This document shows positions 24,608 to 29,548 of a stretch of 29,548 nt of DNA, piece by piece. The stretch covers positions 1-29,548 of IMG/VR virus record IMGVR_UViG_3300035070_002308, one strand, 5' to 3'. The stretch comes from a virus. Lineage: Duplodnaviria; Caudoviricetes. Both the position numbers and the translations under genes were made by a program. Position 1 is the stretch's first letter. Each line of letters opens with the position of its first letter. Below the pieces are notes generated by a model. It saw nothing but the letters and a program-made list of their open reading frames with translations, was not told the origin of the DNA and made no database searches.

Positions 24608-24827
24608 CGTGGTTAAGAGCATCTAGTTCTTGCTCTAACTGACTATGTAGGGGCTGTAGCTTATCATTGCACAGCCTCAACAAAGCCCTCATCAATACTA
24701 AGTCGTCGCCTTTAAAGACCTTAGACATATCCTTGTCGGGGATGCCGCTAAGTTCAGTAACGACAACCCCTCCCTTGTCTACAAGGAGCTTGAAAGATAT
24801 TAGATTCCCTTCTTGTTTATTGCTCAT
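24597..24827 (-). CDS. Hypothetical protein (76 aa), last gene of the - arm
   Basis: ATGA-coupled to the upstream small ORF; natural-looking composition. Confidence 0.75.
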   Translation of the reverse strand: MSNKQEGNLISFKLLVDKGGVVVTELSGIPDKDMSKVFKGDDLVLMRALLRLCNDKLQPLHSQLEQELDALNHATT

Positions 24828-24976
24828 AAGGCACAGCTACCAAGCATTGACTTGTACACGATGATAAAGAATACAGCCATCAATGTGTTAGCCCCCCAAA
24901 ACCAAGCAAACATTTCAAAGGTATCTCTATTGTCTTTAATGAATGTCTTGAGTTTTCTTTTCTTAGTCTTGGTCAT
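24824..24976 (-). CDS. Small membrane protein (50 aa; absent from the ORF track)
   Basis: MTKTKKRKLKTFIKDNRDTFEMFAWFWGANTLMAVFFIIVYKSMLGSCAL; AGGGGGG RBS; TAATG and ATGA overlaps with its neighbours. Confidence 0.7.
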   Translation of the reverse strand: MTKTKKRKLKTFIKDNRDTFEMFAWFWGANTLMAVFFIIVYKSMLGSCAL

Positions 24977-25143
24977 TATACCCCCCTAAATGTAAGTGCT
25001 CTAAAGCAGTCTATGTAAAAGTCTAGAACATCATACCGAGATGCCCAGAGAAGACCTAAAGGCACGTAGATTGGTGAGAGAATAAGTAAAAATAATCCTA
25101 TGAAAAATTCTTTAACACGTTTTTTAACGAGTTCTTTATTCAT
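24976..25143 (-). CDS. Small membrane protein (55 aa; absent from the ORF track)
   Basis: MNKELVKKRVKEFFIGLFLLILSPIYVPLGLLWASRYDVLDFYIDCFRALTFRGV; ATGA overlap with the nrdJ stop. Confidence 0.7.
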   Translation of the reverse strand: MNKELVKKRVKEFFIGLFLLILSPIYVPLGLLWASRYDVLDFYIDCFRALTFRGV

Positions 25144-27050
25144 ATCTCACACTGCCCCGCTACACAAGCAAGCTCTTGAGTCCCTGTAGTAGTATCCTCA
25201 GTTTCAAACTTACCAAGGTCGTCCCAGTTAATAGTCTTAGGCATTAGAGCCAAGGCTTCTTTGTACGCTTCAGGTGTGATAGCTGTATACGGTGCTTGCT
25301 GATACACATGGTCTGTACGTGGTAAGAAACTAATACCCGAACAACTATCTAACCGATCCCATAACCACTGACCTGCTGCTAAGAACTCTTCATCCGAGTA
25401 GTAGATAGTTACACTAGGCTTATGCTCACAGTAATGGTTCTGGTAGATCTCCCATAAGTCTAACTGCTGCTGTACGTTAAGGTCATCAACGCTTGTAGAT
25501 CCAGTAGGGGCTTTGATGGGGAATGAGAACACATAGTTATCATCATTCATTACATCTTTTTCCCAAGGGACTCCAGCGTCTTTGAGGAACTCTGAGATAG
25601 GATCTTTACCATCACTACGTACTGTCCGAATGTACTGCGGAGAGAAACGAGCATGGATACCTGACGCACTATCGACTAACTGAGACACAGTACCTGAAGG
25701 TTTTACGGCGGTAATAGCCGTAGATTGGTTGATACCTAAACGTGTTGACCACACCTCATTAACCTTAACTGTTTCAGCTTTCAAGGCTTCTAAGATCTCA
25801 GGTAGCTCATCGTATCCTGACTGTTCAAACCATGCACCAGTCTTCTGTCTCCCTGATAAGACAGCATGATCCATAATGCCTGTCATGCTAACACCAAGTA
25901 AGCATTCTTCTTGTGTGTTCTTCTTCCAGATGTTACGAACGTAACGGAAGTCGGTCAACGAAGATTGTAACGTACCTAAGATAGTAGCAATCTTAGCCTT
26001 GCGTAGTAAATCTTCCATTGAATCGGTACTACGAACCACTATTTCCGACAAATTACAAACCTGTGCAGAGCGTAGGATGATCTCACTGCATGGGTTAGTA
26101 CCGAAGTCGTGCTCAATATCTCTACGTCCATGACGGGCTGACTGTTTCTTTGCAGCCTTACGAGAGAAGATACCACGCTCACCTGCTTTAGATTTGTATA
26201 AAGCTACCCACTCTTCTAAGAAGGTTTCGAAGTCAGGACGCTCATCATAGACCGCACTGTTGTTAGCGAGAGCACGTTGCGTATCAGTTTCCCACCATTG
26301 ACCAGACTTAGCATGACGCATACGGTCATCAGATAAGTTAGATAAACTAATGAGAGCAGACCTACGAACCCCACCAACGACAACAATCTCAGCAATCTTG
26401 CAAACAATATCATGGCATTCAATACTCGTTAGCTTACGACCGGCAGCTTTGCGGAATGTATTAATAGTAAATTGGAACAAAGCAACAAGAGGATCAGGCC
26501 CACTAGAACGCCCACCAAATGTTTTGAGTCTCTCACCTTTCGCACGTAGTTTTGAAATGTCCCAACTAGGCACTTGACCCGTATACAAAAGACTAACCAG
26601 CTCACGGAAAGCTTTAGCCCAACCGATTTTACTGTCGCTAACATGGATTGTAGTATCTGTTTCATTGAATTCCTCCGCCACTTCTGGCAATTTATTTACT
26701 GATTGACGTTCAACTGAGAAGCCTACACCTGTGCCACACATCAACACATATAGAATCTCATCGAACACTCTTGGATGATCTACTGCAACATAAGAACAGT
26801 TAAAGCCTGCCATGTTGTCACGATCAAGGGCTTCACCTGCGGTCATTAAGCAACGCATAGATGGCATTACTTCTAAATTGTATATAGCTTTGTATATTGT
26901 GTCAGCCATTGCATCATCAATCTGACCACGAGACACCCAGAAGTCTGTGTAACGTCTTACTGTCTCATCCCACGTCTCACGACGATTGTCACCTTCACGC
27001 CATCGTGCATAACGTGACTTGTGTATGTACTGCTGATATGAATCCATCAT
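25140..27050 (-). CDS. nrdJ: Class II adenosylcobalamin-dependent ribonucleotide reductase
   Basis: RRETW, PSMR, FNCSY, GTGVGFS, VVVGGVRRSA, TNPCSEI, TAVKPSGTVS, EHKPSVT and C-terminal ACVAGQCEI cysteine pair; no small-subunit gene nearby. Confidence 0.93.
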   Translation of the reverse strand: MMDSYQQYIHKSRYARWREGDNRRETWDETVRRYTDFWVSRGQIDDAMADTIYKAIYNLEVMPSMRCLMTAGEALDRDNMAGFNCSYVAVDHPRVFDEILYVLMCGTGVGFSVERQSVNKLPEVAEEFNETDTTIHVSDSKIGWAKAFRELVSLLYTGQVPSWDISKLRAKGERLKTFGGRSSGPDPLVALFQFTINTFRKAAGRKLTSIECHDIVCKIAEIVVVGGVRRSALISLSNLSDDRMRHAKSGQWWETDTQRALANNSAVYDERPDFETFLEEWVALYKSKAGERGIFSRKAAKKQSARHGRRDIEHDFGTNPCSEIILRSAQVCNLSEIVVRSTDSMEDLLRKAKIATILGTLQSSLTDFRYVRNIWKKNTQEECLLGVSMTGIMDHAVLSGRQKTGAWFEQSGYDELPEILEALKAETVKVNEVWSTRLGINQSTAITAVKPSGTVSQLVDSASGIHARFSPQYIRTVRSDGKDPISEFLKDAGVPWEKDVMNDDNYVFSFPIKAPTGSTSVDDLNVQQQLDLWEIYQNHYCEHKPSVTIYYSDEEFLAAGQWLWDRLDSCSGISFLPRTDHVYQQAPYTAITPEAYKEALALMPKTINWDDLGKFETEDTTTGTQELACVAGQCEI

Positions 27051-27196
27051 TCTAATAACTCTCTCTCTATTTGTGTTTTAAGGTTTTTGTTTTCTTTGCG
27101 TCTCACAGCTTTTAACTTGGAAGACGTTGCGACCTTTTTAAATTTCTTCTTGCGGTCAAAGCGATCACGTCTCTCATCTTTTCTACTGTCGTCCAT
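27047..27196 (-). CDS. Small highly basic protein (49 aa; absent from the ORF track)
   Basis: MDDSRKDERRDRFDRKKKFKKVATSSKLKAVRRKENKNLKTQIERELLE; AGGA RBS; stop overlaps the nrdJ start. Confidence 0.7.
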   Translation of the reverse strand: MDDSRKDERRDRFDRKKKFKKVATSSKLKAVRRKENKNLKTQIERELLE

Positions 27197-27204
27197 TGCA
27201 AGTC

Positions 27205-27714
27205 CTACCAGTTAGTGTCTTCAGTGAATTCAAGTAACTCAATCATTTTGTTGAGATACCATACAGCTTTCTTAGCGTCTTGGATAGGCTTGCCCTTACC
27301 GAACAACCTAGTACCTGTATACTTTAACACATTTCCGTGACAAAAGATAGCTGCGTGATACTCACCTAACACATCTGTAATGTAATCAATAGTCTCAATG
27401 CTGCCAATAGTATAGTGCTCAGGATTATTTACTGGGTCGTCTAGTCTGAACTCTTCCAAGAACGTCTCGATCGAAGCATGTTTGGAATCCCCTGCCGTAG
27501 GTTTCTCGGCTGATCCCCCTTGTCCATAATACTCAGACTTTCTAAGCGCCTCCAACCTTTCCTTCTCCATCATATCAAAGCTTTCAGTTTCACCATACGC
27601 TCTGGCGTTTAAAGCATCTACAAAAGAATCTATACTATCGAAGTCGTCTGCGTTGATAGGCTCAGGTATATCTGATTCTTCGTTAAATTCAAAATTATAA
27701 TATTTATTTGTCAT
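27205..27714 (-). CDS. DUF3310 (T7 gp1.7-like nucleotide kinase) domain protein with acidic N-terminal extension
   Basis: DPVNNPEHY...IETIDYI...FCHGNVLKY...KGKPIQDAKKAVWYL. Start moved to ATG 27714 (MTNKYY) to avoid a 280-nt overlap with the endonuclease gene. Confidence 0.8.
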   Translation of the reverse strand: MTNKYYNFEFNEESDIPEPINADDFDSIDSFVDALNARAYGETESFDMMEKERLEALRKSEYYGQGGSAEKPTAGDSKHASIETFLEEFRLDDPVNNPEHYTIGSIETIDYITDVLGEYHAAIFCHGNVLKYTGTRLFGKGKPIQDAKKAVWYLNKMIELLEFTEDTNW

Positions 27715-28168
27715 CAAAGGTCTCTCTCTTAGTCGGGTTAATCCAGTCGTCTGGGATGGTGTCTTCACTAAACCATCGGAAGTTGTTTGCTGTAGCCCAC
27801 TCTCCGTGGGATCGTTTGGTTCCATCTTTTCTTCGCTTGGCTGCTGGCATTGGGGCGTTAGGGTTTGCGAATAAGAATACCAACTCAGTGTCTGAGGGCA
27901 ATACTTTAGCAACCCAGATATATTTGGTGTACTCTGCGAAGTCCCAAAATCTACCTTTGGCTTCCAGTAATATTTTCTTTCCATCTATTTCCCTCAAAAA
28001 GTCTGGTTCATATTTATGATCTATTGTATAAGATACTGTGTCTGTATGGAACGACCAGTCATCTAAGATCCCTTGGTGTAACTCACATTCCCAGTTAGAG
28101 TCATAACCTTTCGGCACATCCTTCTCCTTGGGTCGGGCTACTCTAGGTTTACGGTAGCCACGTTTCAT
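27704..28168 (-). CDS. T7 gp3-like endonuclease I / Holliday junction resolvase
   Basis: YDSNWE, YEPDF, LEAKGRF, LVFLF and W-A-x-x-N-N-F motifs. Confidence 0.85.
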   Translation of the reverse strand: MKRGYRKPRVARPKEKDVPKGYDSNWECELHQGILDDWSFHTDTVSYTIDHKYEPDFLREIDGKKILLEAKGRFWDFAEYTKYIWVAKVLPSDTELVFLFANPNAPMPAAKRRKDGTKRSHGEWATANNFRWFSEDTIPDDWINPTKRETFDDK

Positions 28169-28181
28169 CCTAGTAAATTTA

Positions 28182-28352
28182 TTAATGGATAGACCCCTTC
28201 TTAGCAGCTAACACATGCTCTATTTTTAACATCAGCTCAGCTAAGTACCCGTCATCAACGTCAGAGGCGGTTCGATCAGGGCGCTCAAGTAGCCACATAC
28301 CTACACCAATTAACATGTCCTCGAGGCTAAGGTCTTTCTTATCTAGTTTCAT
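28182..28352 (-). CDS. Hypothetical protein (56 aa; absent from the ORF track)
   Basis: MKLDKKDLSLEDMLIGVGMWLLERPDRTASDVDDGYLAELMLKIEHVLAAKKGSIH; AGGTGA RBS; fills the gap between its neighbours. Confidence 0.7.
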   Translation of the reverse strand: MKLDKKDLSLEDMLIGVGMWLLERPDRTASDVDDGYLAELMLKIEHVLAAKKGSIH

Positions 28353-28617
28353 CTATATCACCTACTGTTATTGACTGAATGTTTGTTGATGGGTCACGCT
28401 TTAAAATCTTCTTAATCTTCTTAGCTACCCAGCGAGGATGGAAAGCATTTAAACGGACTGCTTGTTTTAAATATACATAAGGCTTCTTAGGGAGCGAAGC
28501 TTTGTAATTATCTTTGTTCACCTTTGCAGCCTCCTCTTCACTCAGTAACCCTCGAATCCAAGCGACTGTCACTGTATCGACGTGTGCCCTAATTTGTTTT
28601 GCTTTTCTTCCGTTCAT
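28339..28617 (-). CDS. Basic hypothetical protein (92 aa)
   Basis: ATGA-coupled to the nuclease gene; MNGRKAK N-terminus. Confidence 0.75.
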   Translation of the reverse strand: MNGRKAKQIRAHVDTVTVAWIRGLLSEEEAAKVNKDNYKASLPKKPYVYLKQAVRLNAFHPRWVAKKIKKILKRDPSTNIQSITVGDIDETR

Positions 28618-29474
28618 AATAATTCTTCCACCTTTGGCGTGTAGACTACTTTAGTTAAATATGATAGGCCGTTTGAGTATTTAAAAGTTCGTAAACCTTC
28701 ACCATTGTTAGCATCGGCATGACATTTAAACTTAAACTCGCACCAGTTACAATCTTTAGGGAGTTTCATATTTCCTTTCATCCCATCTGGAACAGGACTA
28801 TAACATCTTTCCGGCTCAGTGTCAAGCTCTAATGCAGGAATAAGAGAATTAATTTTAGCTACAATGTCTACCTTATCTTCTAGCTCTGGGGTGTACATAC
28901 ACAACTCACCACTCTCTTTGTTCATAACCAAGAAGCCGCCGTCACTTGTACCCTCTGCTTCTTCGTAACCTGAAAGCTGTGCAAGGTATCCAAAGGGATC
29001 ATCGTAAGGTAGTCGTCCATTCTGAAACTTCCCAAAGGCAAACCGTGATGCAGTCTTAACGTCAACTACCTCACCGTTAATCTTACAATCCATGTGACCT
29101 TTAATACCTTCAACGTCAATCTCTTTCTGCTCATCTGTAACCTTATGTCCTGCCATTCGTACTAACATAAGAACAATCTCTTCTAGTAGATGGCCGTACA
29201 AGAACTTAATCTGCGTTGGTGCATCAATGCTAGAAGGTGCTCCTGTTTCTTTCTTACTCTCGTAGTACAACTGTCGTGCAGCTTTACCTACATTAGACAT
29301 ACGTAGATGGAACTTAGCATCCTTAGCTCTCGGAGTTGCCCAAGACTTTAACACCTCACGGATACTCTCAGTAGTAAAATCTATATCCTCATCAGTGAGC
29401 GGTAAGGCTGTGCCGTTAGATAAAGAGTTAAGATGTTTGTAGATGTCAGGTACTACGTTTGATAGGTTGCTCAT
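28614..29474 (-). CDS. PD-(D/E)XK (RecB/Cas4-like) exonuclease
   Basis: LRMSNVG, FLYGHLLE, GHMD...VVDVKTAS, YLAQLSGY and C-terminal CNWCEFKFKC. Confidence 0.85.
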   Translation of the reverse strand: MSNLSNVVPDIYKHLNSLSNGTALPLTDEDIDFTTESIREVLKSWATPRAKDAKFHLRMSNVGKAARQLYYESKKETGAPSSIDAPTQIKFLYGHLLEEIVLMLVRMAGHKVTDEQKEIDVEGIKGHMDCKINGEVVDVKTASRFAFGKFQNGRLPYDDPFGYLAQLSGYEEAEGTSDGGFLVMNKESGELCMYTPELEDKVDIVAKINSLIPALELDTEPERCYSPVPDGMKGNMKLPKDCNWCEFKFKCHADANNGEGLRTFKYSNGLSYLTKVVYTPKVEELL

Positions 29475-29548
29475 TATTTCTCGCCTCTAAGATATTCAAT
29501 AGCGTTAATTAAAGTATGTGTGTTGTCGTTGAATCCACCAAGTGCTCG
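29474..29548 (-). CDS. C-terminus of an endonuclease VII-like protein (truncated by window edge)
   Basis: RALGGFNDNTHTLINAIEYLRGEK* matches the (CN)-x-x-LG-x-F-x-D...L-x-x-A-x-x-YL end of endonuclease VII domains; TAATG overlap with the exonuclease start. Confidence 0.65.
   Translation of the reverse strand, partial: RALGGFNDNTHTLINAIEYLRGEK

Noticed and set aside
106-24622. Numerous minus-strand ORFs under the + arm genes (e.g. 12371-12682, 19501-19935, 23396-23899)
   Set aside because: Antisense shadows of long genes and repeats; no recognisable motifs.
27715-27984. N-terminal 90 aa of the 259-aa track ORF
   Set aside because: Lies in an alternate frame of the endonuclease gene; ATG 27714 gives a normal 11-nt overlap.
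24667-28019. Plus-strand and alternate-frame ORFs within the - arm (24667, 26216, 26350, 26429, 27708)
   Set aside because: Overlap well-supported genes; no independent evidence.
28614-29474. Cas4-like nuclease as evidence of a CRISPR system
   Set aside because: Stand-alone PD-(D/E)XK nucleases are common in phage replication modules; no other cas genes or array.
1-29548. tRNA/ncRNA genes, repeated phage promoters, stop-codon reassignment
   Set aside because: Intergenic gaps are almost all under 35 nt, no cloverleaf or shared promoter motif was seen by eye, and all three stops end genes normally.

Overview
Densely coding, roughly 40% GC segment of a lytic podovirus-type dsDNA phage, probably marine and infecting a Gram-negative host. 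It holds two convergent arms. The + arm (1-24607) is late/structural: a 5'-truncated tail nozzle/stabilisation protein, a 1402-aa mosaic tail fibre with a C-terminal S74 chaperone, a small holin-like protein, a GT-A glycosyltransferase, five putative internal/ejection proteins, then small virion, secreted and membrane genes. The - arm (24597-29548) is nucleotide/DNA metabolism: endonuclease VII tail, PD-(D/E)XK nuclease, T7 gp3-like endonuclease, DUF3310 protein, class II (B12-dependent) ribonucleotide reductase and small ORFs. The most notable observation is the ~1900-aa last internal protein. It looks polyvalent: a helical core, an ART-PolyVal-like ADP-ribosyltransferase and a pesticin-like muramidase, with most module boundaries marked by an R-x-x-F-x-x-G-G-x-V motif that also occurs at the N-terminus of another internal protein. 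Also notable: a lipobox-bearing ORF nested in +1 frame inside a holin-like gene, exact DNA repeats bounding tail-fibre modules, and six complete small ORFs plus a truncated terminal ORF missing from the supplied track. All family calls come from motif recognition by eye; no searches were run.
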